Positions 20,039-27,360 of a DNA stretch of 32,000 bases are shown one piece after another. Below the pieces are notes generated by a model. The model had not been told where the DNA came from, searched no databases, and saw nothing but the letters and a program-made list of their open reading frames with translations. The translations under genes and the position numbers were made by a program. Source of the stretch: Xylanibacter ruminicola 23 (GTDB lineage Bacteria > Bacteroidota > Bacteroidia > Bacteroidales > Bacteroidaceae); contig NC_014033.1 in assembly GCF_000025925.1 (NCBI RefSeq), positions 660,001 to 692,000 of the forward strand, in the 5' to 3' direction. How positions within the stretch are numbered: position 1 is the stretch's first letter; every line of letters begins with the position of its first letter.

Positions 20039-20139
20039 GAGTGAGAGGTTAGGTGAGAGGTTTGCCCAACCTCTCATGTCTCAAAATCCCAGTGTTTATG
20101 CACCTTTCGCCGCATTTGAGTGAGAGGTTGATATCTTGC
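20039..20139. repeat. Right array of the GTGAGAGGTT motif (5 copies); mirror image of 18534-18635
   Basis: GTGAGAGGTT at 20039, 20051, 20063 and 20130. The inverted AACCTCTCA at 20078 forms a hairpin with the 20063 copy. Confidence 0.85.
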
Positions 20140-20222
20140 CATTAAATGTGCGTGTGTTTCTGTAATGTTCTCCATAAAATCAAGTTTTCTGTCTAAAGTT
20201 TGGAACTTTCGGCTTTTTTATT

Positions 20223-20230
20223 TACTTTTG
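20223..20230 (+). promoter_or_regulatory. -7 box (TACTTTTG) for the MNT/HEPN pair
   Basis: TAnnTTTG match 21 nt upstream of the ATG at 20252. Confidence 0.45.
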
Positions 20231-20251
20231 CAAGCGAAATACATATTTGAT

Positions 20252-20545
20252 ATGGGAAAGGATGAATGTATCAAACTGCTGAAGAAGTATATGACTATAC
20301 TTAAAGAAAAGTATGGTATAACTTCTTTGTCTCTGTTTGGTTCTACTGCACGTGGAGAGCAAACGGAGCAGAGTGATATAGATCTGTTTGTAGATACGCA
20401 AACACCAAATCCTTTCTTGCTGCAGGATGCTAAAGAGTTCTTGGAAAAAGAAACAGGAACCTCCGTTGATATTATCCGCAATCATCAAAACCTTAACCCA
20501 CGATTAAAAAAACGTATCTTAAAAGATGGAATCTTTATCTTCTGA
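20252..20545 (+). CDS. Nucleotidyltransferase-domain antitoxin (MNT / MntA-like)
   Basis: The GSTARGEQTEQSDIDLFV motif (GSxxRG...DxD). The start is moved to the ATG at 20252, downstream of the promoter box. Confidence 0.85.
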   Translation: MGKDECIKLLKKYMTILKEKYGITSLSLFGSTARGEQTEQSDIDLFVDTQTPNPFLLQDAKEFLEKETGTSVDIIRNHQNLNPRLKKRILKDGIFIF

Positions 20546-20915
20546 AAGCAAGGGAATAGCATTAGATATTCTTGAAGACATTCTTTCGGCTATCGAGAGG
20601 CTTGAAGATCGTACAAAGGATGTGCAAACTATAGATGATTTTCTATGTTCGTCTTCTGGTATGGTATTGCTTGATGCTACATGTATGCTGCTGATAGCAA
20701 TAGGCGAGAGTCTTAAGAATCTTGATAAGACTACAGACGGTAAACTTCTTCCTACATATCCTTCTATTCCTTGGAAAAACGTGAAAGGTATGAGGGATAT
20801 TATTGCTCATCATTATTTCGATGTTGATGCATCCCAAATCCTATGGATAATCAAGAATGAGATTGCTCCATTAAAGACCGCTATCCAGTTCTTTATTGAT
20901 GAGTTGAAGAAATAA
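20526..20915 (+). CDS. HEPN-domain toxin (DUF86 / HepT-like)
   Basis: The GMRDIIAHHY motif (Rx4H), a 20-nt overlap with the MNT gene, and 129 aa. Confidence 0.85.
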   Translation: MESLSSESKGIALDILEDILSAIERLEDRTKDVQTIDDFLCSSSGMVLLDATCMLLIAIGESLKNLDKTTDGKLLPTYPSIPWKNVKGMRDIIAHHYFDVDASQILWIIKNEIAPLKTAIQFFIDELKK

Positions 20916-21143
20916 CTTTGGAACCAAATTCCTTCCGCCGAAATGGTAGAGTAGCACCGTAATCGGTTTAGCAAATCATTTCTGCGTTTTTTTTGAGACG
21001 TTTATCCTGTATCATTATCGCAAAGCTGTCACTTTATTTTTGGATGAGGCTAGATAATCAACTTTAAAACTCTTTTTTATTAAAAACAATATATATTCGA
21101 AAATAGCGTTATTTTACAAAATATAAAACAAGTAAAAATGTAA

Positions 21144-22784
21144 CTAAACTTCTTTAGATAGTAATTCTTTGGTCAGAATTTCATCAATTCGGTCTAAGTC
21201 CCAATATGGAATTTCAATAAGTCGAATGTCGTTGTCTTTGCTGTATTTACGTAGATAACGGTCGCGATGTTGTTGAACGGTGAAGTTACGGATACGACCT
21301 TTATAATAAAAGTCAATGTCTTCATAATGCTGCTCACCGTGAAATTCTATTATAATATTATGGCCATTGTAGCTTGGCAACCAAAAGTCGGCAGAGAGAT
21401 ACTGCAATGGCAGCGTGGGGTCGTTATTGGGGATAGGCTGTTCTTGGATGAATTCGATAATGTCGTGTTTCTGCAACCAACGACGTACCTCTGCTTCGCC
21501 CATAGACTCTTTAAACTCTGCAGCACAAAGGGGGCATGAACCATTGACGGTTCGTAAATTGTTGTCAGGAGTAGTTTGAAACCAATGGTCATGTATGCAG
21601 CATCGAATCCAAATTAGGCTGTCATTGTTCACATAATCCTCATGGGCACGACAATAATCATAGCGATTTTTTCCGTACTTTGCTTCGCATTGGGCAATCC
21701 ACTCATCGCATCGTTGTAATGGCGGTTTTTTGTTGGGATAGTTGGCGCACTTGGGACATCCACATCCTTGACTTACATGGACGTCATAGCGCTGTTTCTG
21801 TAGTCCATGCTCCTTACAGATATAGTGTATGTAGTCTGCCTTCGTTCTTGGCGGGACACCTACGTATTGGAATTTGTCGCCATGAACTGCTTGCGCATTC
21901 TTTATCCAGTCGGCAGGCCAGAATTTTCCATTGCAGTAGTCGCAACCCTTACCATCGAGCCACCATTTTGCATCATGTATTATCTTACCGTGCTTGGCAC
22001 AAGTGACGCTTATCTTAGTATGCACAGAAACTTTACGCTTACGTTCAAAGGAGAAATCATTATTTCGATATATGATGTTTACACGTCGATAGAATTCTTT
22101 GGCGGTTAGTTTTGGATTATCCTTGGGGGCGGGTATTCCACAGCATTTCCAGCAACCGTGAGGAGGTCGTTTATAGTCTCCTTTGCTTATACCAACAAGG
22201 AGTATTCTTGGTTTTATCTCAAAAATGCCATGGTCTCGACAAATCAAAGTCACATTTTTATCGTTGCCTTGATAGTCGACGAGTGAGGTATCTAACTGGT
22301 CTCCATACATGTTATGTACGCGCTCTATAAAGCGGGCTTCCTCAAAGCTCTTACCATGCCAATGTTGTAGGTAGGCTTCTTTTTCTCGTTTTTTAGCTTC
22401 TTTTGCAGCTTTTTCTGCGGCAATTTGCATTGGAGTCTTTGCTTTCCTAGATGATATGGCTTGTATTCTCCCTACACGACTATTCTTTTCACATAACTTG
22501 AGATATTTATTCCAATCTTTGCCGTAGTCTGTTTTGTGAGTTATCTCAGCCCTACATATAGGACAGCCTGTTGGCGTAAATGTACCATGTGGCTTCATTA
22601 TATGGTTTTGCGCCATAGCTACACGAAAATGATAGTCATGTTTGGGACAATATATGATTATCGGTTTTTTTCCGCCATCATATACACTCTCTGAATAGTC
22701 ATATCGGTTCCCCCATATCTCATGAGCCTGCTCAATATAACGAGCTAGAGACTTTGTGTTGTCTGGAATATTGCTATTTTTCAT
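21144..22784 (-). CDS. Protein with five tandem zinc-ribbon modules and a C-terminal Vsr-like / PD-(D/E)xK endonuclease domain (homing-endonuclease-like)
   Basis: Five repeats of the pattern (Y/H)G..(Y/F)DY...x...C..HG.x(10-25).GC..C. The C-terminus (EAEVRRWLQKHDI...ADFWLP...IIIEFHGEQHY...RLIEIPYWD) matches the phage/bacterial nuclease family with the IEYDGxQH core. Confidence 0.7.
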   Translation of the reverse strand: MKNSNIPDNTKSLARYIEQAHEIWGNRYDYSESVYDGGKKPIIIYCPKHDYHFRVAMAQNHIMKPHGTFTPTGCPICRAEITHKTDYGKDWNKYLKLCEKNSRVGRIQAISSRKAKTPMQIAAEKAAKEAKKREKEAYLQHWHGKSFEEARFIERVHNMYGDQLDTSLVDYQGNDKNVTLICRDHGIFEIKPRILLVGISKGDYKRPPHGCWKCCGIPAPKDNPKLTAKEFYRRVNIIYRNNDFSFERKRKVSVHTKISVTCAKHGKIIHDAKWWLDGKGCDYCNGKFWPADWIKNAQAVHGDKFQYVGVPPRTKADYIHYICKEHGLQKQRYDVHVSQGCGCPKCANYPNKKPPLQRCDEWIAQCEAKYGKNRYDYCRAHEDYVNNDSLIWIRCCIHDHWFQTTPDNNLRTVNGSCPLCAAEFKESMGEAEVRRWLQKHDIIEFIQEQPIPNNDPTLPLQYLSADFWLPSYNGHNIIIEFHGEQHYEDIDFYYKGRIRNFTVQQHRDRYLRKYSKDNDIRLIEIPYWDLDRIDEILTKELLSKEV

Positions 22785-22895
22785 ATCGACCTAGTCAGTG
22801 ATCATTATTTATTCATATAGCATCATCAAATAATTATCAGAATAATCCCTTGTTATTTCTCTAAACTTTAATTAGGCATAACCCAGTATTTTCTG

Positions 22896-22903
22896 CAAAT
22901 ATA
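22896..22903 (-). promoter_or_regulatory. -7 box (TATATTTG) for the 546-aa nuclease-like gene
   Basis: Reverse complement of caaatata, about 110 nt upstream of the ATG at 22784. Confidence 0.45.
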
Positions 22904-22975
22904 CGAATAATAATCGAATCTGCAAAATCTGCTGATATTTTTGGATAGATATTTGTAAATTTCAAAACAATTTTG

Positions 22976-22983
22976 TACTTTTG
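22976..22983 (+). promoter_or_regulatory. -7 box (TACTTTTG) with an upstream TTTG at 22952-22955; divergent promoter for the 139-aa gene
   Basis: TAnnTTTG plus a -33-like TTTG with a 20-nt spacer. It leaves a ~110-nt leader before the ATG at 23100. Confidence 0.5.
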
Positions 22984-23099
22984 CGCCCAGAATAAGCATC
23001 AAGAGTGGCATAATGCACACCAACCGGCCTACACAGAATCGTTGGCAGCGGTGGTAAAAGGATGCGAGTGAATGTTTAATCCACTAAAGATAAACGATT

Positions 23100-23519
23100 A
23101 TGGAAATCAAGAAGATTGAAAAGAGTGACTTTGTAATGTATCCACGTATGCAACATCGTGGGTTGGAGTTCAGGCATGTAGAACGTGATGCGTTTAAGGC
23201 AGAGTTGCGCCATGTTGAGGAACATGGTGACTATTGGCTGATTCATCAGCAGTCGAAGCCTCATGTTGTGGCCCACGTCCAATTACCCAAGACGGAAGCA
23301 GAGTTTGATAATATCCTTGGCTGGTGTTTGGGACAAAACCATTGGTGCGAGTACATTGAGGGGGATTTCTCTTTCCTCTGTGTTATAGCAGGCTTCAATG
23401 CTGCAGAACTCACTCCTAAATACCCAGACTTTATCAGCGAACGTGTTTATGCTCTTGGTGATGCTACTCGCTGGTGGTATGAGTATGGAAAGGATGTTCT
23501 GATACAAAAGACAACATAA
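23100..23519 (+). CDS. Hypothetical protein (139 aa)
   Basis: ORF with an ATG start behind its own promoter. No family is recognised. Confidence 0.55.
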   Translation: MEIKKIEKSDFVMYPRMQHRGLEFRHVERDAFKAELRHVEEHGDYWLIHQQSKPHVVAHVQLPKTEAEFDNILGWCLGQNHWCEYIEGDFSFLCVIAGFNAAELTPKYPDFISERVYALGDATRWWYEYGKDVLIQKTT

Positions 23520-23566
23520 GGATATCAGATTATTCTTTGAAAATGGCTATGATAAGATTTTTTTCG

Positions 23567-23574
23567 TATATTTG
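23567..23574 (+). promoter_or_regulatory. -7 box (TATATTTG) for the DUF4041/T5orf172 gene
   Basis: TAnnTTTG match 25 nt upstream of the ATG at 23600. Confidence 0.45.
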
Positions 23575-23599
23575 CAGCATCATTTAAAAGATTCTGATT

Positions 23600-25288
23600 A
23601 TGGCAATATTTGATTTTCTAAAATCCCACGAAGAAAAAGTAAACGAGAGAAAAGCAGAAATAGCAGCTTTGCAGCAACAAGTTGTTTCTTTACGTGACGA
23701 GGTGGCTTCTGAGGAGAAAGAAAAAGAAGAGTTAAGAAGTCAGATTGTTGAATTGAAGAATCTTGTTGTGGCTCAAAAGAATGAACTATATGATTTGCAA
23801 CAGGACAAAGAAAAAACAAAGAAGCAAGTTGATAGCCTTCATGAAAGATATGAAAAGTTGCATGCTTTGTTAACGAGATCAACCAGAAAATTAAATTGTA
23901 TGGAATCTTCTGATGAATTCTTGTTATTTGACGTTGGATCTCCATATTTGGTTGCGTTGGATGAAGTAGATTATGAAGAATTGTGTAAATATCACAATCT
24001 TAGAGAAGAAAATCATTCTTATTATGATAAGAAGAAGCAAAGAGAGGATGAATTACATGCCATAGAGCTGAAAATTGAAGATGCAAACAAAGAACTAACC
24101 AATCTTCGAGAGGAATTGGTAAAACAGCGTGATATTAATTATGCCTATGAAATAAACAATATTAAAGAACAAACTAGTGAATATATTCATGAATTGAATG
24201 ACATAAAAGCAGATATTAATAGTTATCTGAAAAATCATAAAGACAAGATTCGCTTAGAGGTAATACATGAAATATACCAAAGAGCAAATCTTTGTGAAGA
24301 TGAGGCTTTGAGAAATTTGCGAGAAACTATTGACGGTGTTAATATTGACCAGATACAACTTGCTTTGGATTTAAAGAAAATGTTGTTGAAACCTCCATAT
24401 AAAGTTAATCCACAGGAATGGACTTTTGCTGAAATATATTTGTGTAATTTGTTAAATGAATTTGCACAACTCAATATTGTTAAAATCATAAAAGAAATGA
24501 AAAACTCAGATTGGGATACGATTAAAGTCAAAATAGGTTCTCTTGTTAATATTTTAGAATTGCGTATGATTGGAACGGGATTTCGAATAGATCCATCATA
24601 TGGAAAGAATCTATTCAATTATATGGAAGCAAAGTATTTATATATACAAAAGCAACAGATTGAACGAGAAAAGGAGCGAGAAGAACGTGAGGCACAACGT
24701 GAATATGAGCGTGCTATAAAAAAGGCTCTAAAAGATGAAGAAAAGGCACAAGAGGCTCTTGAAAAGAAGAAAAGAGAAATGGCAGAAGCGCAGACTCAGG
24801 AAAAGATACAGAAATTGCAGGAACAGATAAAGGGACTGGAGAATGCTCTTGTTGAAGCTCGTGAACTAAGAGAGAGAGCAATGAGTATGGCACAACAAAC
24901 TAAGATAGGCTATGTTTATGTTATCTCTAATATAGGTTCTTTTGGAAAAGATGTCTATAAGATTGGAATGACTCGTCGATTAGACCCGATGGAGCGTATT
25001 ATGGAATTAAGTAACGCTAGCGTTCCATTCCCATTTGACGTACACACCTTTATATATAGTGAGGATGCACCAGCATTGGAGGCAGACTTACATAGAAGAT
25101 TCGATGCCAAGAAGGTTAACTCTATAAACTATCGCAAAGAATATTTCAATGTGACGTTAGATGAAATAAAAGCGGCATTGAAAGAGAAAGGAGTTGATGC
25201 AAACTTTGTAGACGAACCTGATGCATTCCAATACAGAGAAAGCCTTATGAAAAATCGCGATGGTATTCTCTCTACAATACAGCAGTGA
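23600..25288 (+). CDS. Coiled-coil DUF4041-type protein with a C-terminal T5orf172 / MUG113 (GIY-YIG-superfamily) domain
   Basis: The N-terminal and central regions are long E/K-rich heptad coiled coil. The C-terminus (GYVYVISNIGSFGKDVYKIGMTRRLDPMERIMELSNASVPFPFDVH...YFNVTLDEI) is the T5orf172 signature. Confidence 0.8.
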   Translation: MAIFDFLKSHEEKVNERKAEIAALQQQVVSLRDEVASEEKEKEELRSQIVELKNLVVAQKNELYDLQQDKEKTKKQVDSLHERYEKLHALLTRSTRKLNCMESSDEFLLFDVGSPYLVALDEVDYEELCKYHNLREENHSYYDKKKQREDELHAIELKIEDANKELTNLREELVKQRDINYAYEINNIKEQTSEYIHELNDIKADINSYLKNHKDKIRLEVIHEIYQRANLCEDEALRNLRETIDGVNIDQIQLALDLKKMLLKPPYKVNPQEWTFAEIYLCNLLNEFAQLNIVKIIKEMKNSDWDTIKVKIGSLVNILELRMIGTGFRIDPSYGKNLFNYMEAKYLYIQKQQIEREKEREEREAQREYERAIKKALKDEEKAQEALEKKKREMAEAQTQEKIQKLQEQIKGLENALVEARELRERAMSMAQQTKIGYVYVISNIGSFGKDVYKIGMTRRLDPMERIMELSNASVPFPFDVHTFIYSEDAPALEADLHRRFDAKKVNSINYRKEYFNVTLDEIKAALKEKGVDANFVDEPDAFQYRESLMKNRDGILSTIQQ

Positions 25289-25470
25289 AAAGTATAGATA
25301 TTAGTAGATGGCTATAGTTGGGTGAAGTTGATAGGGGATTTTCTTTGGACCTGGTGGCGGAAAGATTGTAATTATCGATAACGTCGTATATGGGAGTGCT
25401 GTAAATAAAGAATTGCTTGAAGCCAAATGGTTGACTGGTAGATACATTGAGAATTTCCCACAAGTTGTGG

Positions 25471-25492
25471 AAAAATGTGAGAATTAACTCAC
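25471..25492 (-). terminator. Weak hairpin plus U-run downstream of xpt
   Basis: On the minus strand: gtgag ttaatt ctcac, followed by attttt. The stem is only 5 bp. Confidence 0.3.
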
Positions 25493-25509
25493 GTCGCTTA
25501 CTATACCGT

Positions 25510-26088
25510 CTATTCTCGAAACTTGATGGTTTGGGTTTCGTAGTTCATCTCTTCGATGATGGCGAGGGATTCCAGGTGGTAGCCTTCTTCACGAAGTATG
25601 CGACCGCCATTCTGGTTGCCCTTTTCTACGGCGATACCAATGCCTGTTATTGTGGCACCTGCCTGGCGGGCGATGTCGATAAGGGCGTGAACAGCTTCGC
25701 CTTCGGCAAGGAAATCATCTACTATCAGCAGATGGTCAGAAGCTGAGAGATAGGGGGCTGAAACAAACACCATGTTCTGCTTCTTATGGGTAAAAGAATA
25801 GGCGTGCGACATGTATTTGTCGTCGCTGCTATTGAGTGTCTGGCTCTTCTTAGCAAACACTACGGGCACATCAAGACTGTTGCCAAGCATAGTGGCAATG
25901 GCTATGCCGCTGGCTTCGATGGTGAGAATCTTGGTAATCTTGGTGTCTGCAAACCTTCTCTTGAACTCCAGGGTAATAAACCGCATCACGTCCATCTGAA
26001 TCTGATGATTGAGAAAACTGTCAATCTTCAGAATATTACCAGGTCTGACCTCACACTCTTGAAGGATTTTCTGTTCTAGATAGTTCAT
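25510..26088 (-). CDS. xpt: Xanthine phosphoribosyltransferase
   Basis: 192 aa starting MNYLEQKILQE...ILKIDSFLNHQ, with the PRPP-binding loop LLIVDDFLAEGEA. Confidence 0.9.
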   Translation of the reverse strand: MNYLEQKILQECEVRPGNILKIDSFLNHQIQMDVMRFITLEFKRRFADTKITKILTIEASGIAIATMLGNSLDVPVVFAKKSQTLNSSDDKYMSHAYSFTHKKQNMVFVSAPYLSASDHLLIVDDFLAEGEAVHALIDIARQAGATITGIGIAVEKGNQNGGRILREEGYHLESLAIIEEMNYETQTIKFRE

Positions 26089-26089
26089 A

Positions 26090-26125
26090 AAAACACAAAA
26101 AGCCCCACCTTAGCGGTGAGGCTTT
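26090..26125 (-). terminator. Intrinsic terminator after pheS
   Basis: On the minus strand: gcctcacc gctaa ggtggggc (8-bp stem, one mismatch), followed by tttttgtgttttt. Confidence 0.5.
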
Positions 26126-26135
26126 AATTATTATT

Positions 26136-27194
26136 TTAGTTTGCTGATTCGAATTCTTCGAGGAATCGGGTGTCGTTCTCAGAGAACATACGGAGGTCGC
26201 TGACACGGTACTTGAGGTTGGTGATACGCTCAACACCCATACCGAAGGCATAACCGGTGTACTCCTTTGAGTCGATGCCGCAGAGCTCGAGCACGTTAGG
26301 ATCAACCATACCGCAACCCAGAATCTCTACCCAGCCGGTGTGCTTACAGAAGCCGCAGCCCTCGCCACCACAGATAAAGCAAGAGATATCCATCTCGGCA
26401 CTGGGCTCGGTGAATGGGAAGTAAGATGGGCGCAGACGAATCTTGGTGTCGGCACCAAACATCTCCTTAGCGAACGAAAGCAGAACCTGCTTCAGGTCGG
26501 TAAACGATACGTTCTTATCGATATACAAACCTTCTACCTGATGGAAGAAGCAGTGTGCACGGGCGGTGATGGCCTCGTTACGATATACACGACCTGGACA
26601 GATAACGCGGATAGGAGCAGTAAGCTTGCCGTTCTCGTCGTGCATGTGCTCCATCACACGAGCCTGAACACTTGATGTGTGCGAACGCAACAGGATATTC
26701 TTGGTAACATCGTTAGGATGCTGCGATACAAAGAAGGTATCCTGCATATCGCGTGCGGGGTGATCGGCTGCAAAGTTCATCTTGGTAAAGATGTGGTTAT
26801 CATCCTCAACCTCAGGACCATCGGCGAGCACAAAGCCCATACGCGAGAAAATATCGATAATCTCGTTGGTTACGATTGTAAGTGGATGGCGTGTACCCAG
26901 CTCAATGGGGTAGGGTGTGCGGGTAAGGTCGAGAGCCTCTTCGCCTCCCTCCTGGGTTTCGCACTCCTCGCGCAACTGATTGATGCGCTCGGTGGCCAGT
27001 GTTTTCAGTTCGTTAATCTTCATGCCGACAGTTTTTTTCTGATCGGCAGCAACCTCGCGGAAGTCGTTCATCAGGGCTGTAATCTCACCCTTCTTGCTCA
27101 GATATTTCAGTCGGAGCTGCTCAACTTCCTCTGCGTTTTTGGCGCTCAAATTCTGTACTTCTTTCAGAAGTTCGTCTATCTTATCAAGTATCAT
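26136..27194 (-). CDS. pheS: Phenylalanine--tRNA ligase alpha subunit
   Basis: 352 aa with an N-terminal coiled coil and class II motifs (HPARDMQDTFF, FRNEA-like YRNEAI, GFAFGMGVERI-like GYAFGMGVERI). Confidence 0.95.
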   Translation of the reverse strand: MILDKIDELLKEVQNLSAKNAEEVEQLRLKYLSKKGEITALMNDFREVAADQKKTVGMKINELKTLATERINQLREECETQEGGEEALDLTRTPYPIELGTRHPLTIVTNEIIDIFSRMGFVLADGPEVEDDNHIFTKMNFAADHPARDMQDTFFVSQHPNDVTKNILLRSHTSSVQARVMEHMHDENGKLTAPIRVICPGRVYRNEAITARAHCFFHQVEGLYIDKNVSFTDLKQVLLSFAKEMFGADTKIRLRPSYFPFTEPSAEMDISCFICGGEGCGFCKHTGWVEILGCGMVDPNVLELCGIDSKEYTGYAFGMGVERITNLKYRVSDLRMFSENDTRFLEEFESAN

Positions 27195-27221
27195 AAACTA
27201 TAAAAATTGCAATTTTGCGTG

Positions 27222-27229
27222 CAAAGGTA
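27222..27229 (-). promoter_or_regulatory. -7 box (TACCTTTG) for pheS
   Basis: Reverse complement of caaaggta, 27 nt upstream of the ATG. Confidence 0.45.
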
Positions 27230-27304
27230 CTTATTTTTTGGGATAAAAAGAACAAAAGAACAGAAAAAAGTTTGTTCTTGTGTACTTATATCTAAAAAAA
27301 TGTG

Positions 27305-27312
27305 TATCTTTG
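27305..27312 (+). promoter_or_regulatory. -7 box (TATCTTTG) for the lipoprotein-murB-MBL operon
   Basis: TAnnTTTG match 48 nt upstream of the ATG at 27361. Confidence 0.45.
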
Positions 27313-27360
27313 CCGAAATTTTGAGAGAAATTAGAAAGATTAGGGTACTACATTAAGTAG

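Larger units (their letters stand above)
17950..25490. mobile_element. AT-rich accessory island (defence / selfish-element cargo); boundaries approximate, no integrase in window
   Basis: There is a sharp drop in GC by eye. Sampled 60-nt lines inside 20.2-25.3 kb are about one third GC, against about one half in the flanks. The gene content is VirE-like, MNT/HEPN, nuclease-like and T5orf172-like. Housekeeping genes lie on both sides. Confidence 0.5.

Noticed and set aside
20936-20990. tRNA-like fragment (aatggtagagtagcaccgtaatcggt) downstream of the HEPN gene, a possible integration-target remnant.
   Set aside because: I could not fold a cloverleaf. There is no acceptor stem, anticodon arm or T-loop GTTCRA consensus.
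25272-25463. 63-aa minus-strand ORF between the T5orf172 gene and xpt.
   Set aside because: It has no promoter box and odd composition, and it overlaps the end of the T5orf172 gene. It is probably spurious.
25335-25487. 50-codon open frame without an ATG (GIFFGPGGGKIVIIDNVVYGSAVNKELLEAKWLTGRYIENFPQVVEKCEN) at the island's right edge. It could be a 3' remnant of a gene disrupted by insertion.
   Set aside because: There is no start codon and no recognisable family. I found no matching 5' half at the left edge. A tblastn against island-free relatives would be worthwhile, but it is unsupported here.
17950-25490. A search for an integrase, transposase, relaxase or tRNA that would define the island as an ICE, IME or prophage.
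   Set aside because: None was found on either strand, so the island is reported as accessory DNA of unresolved mobility rather than as a named mobile element.
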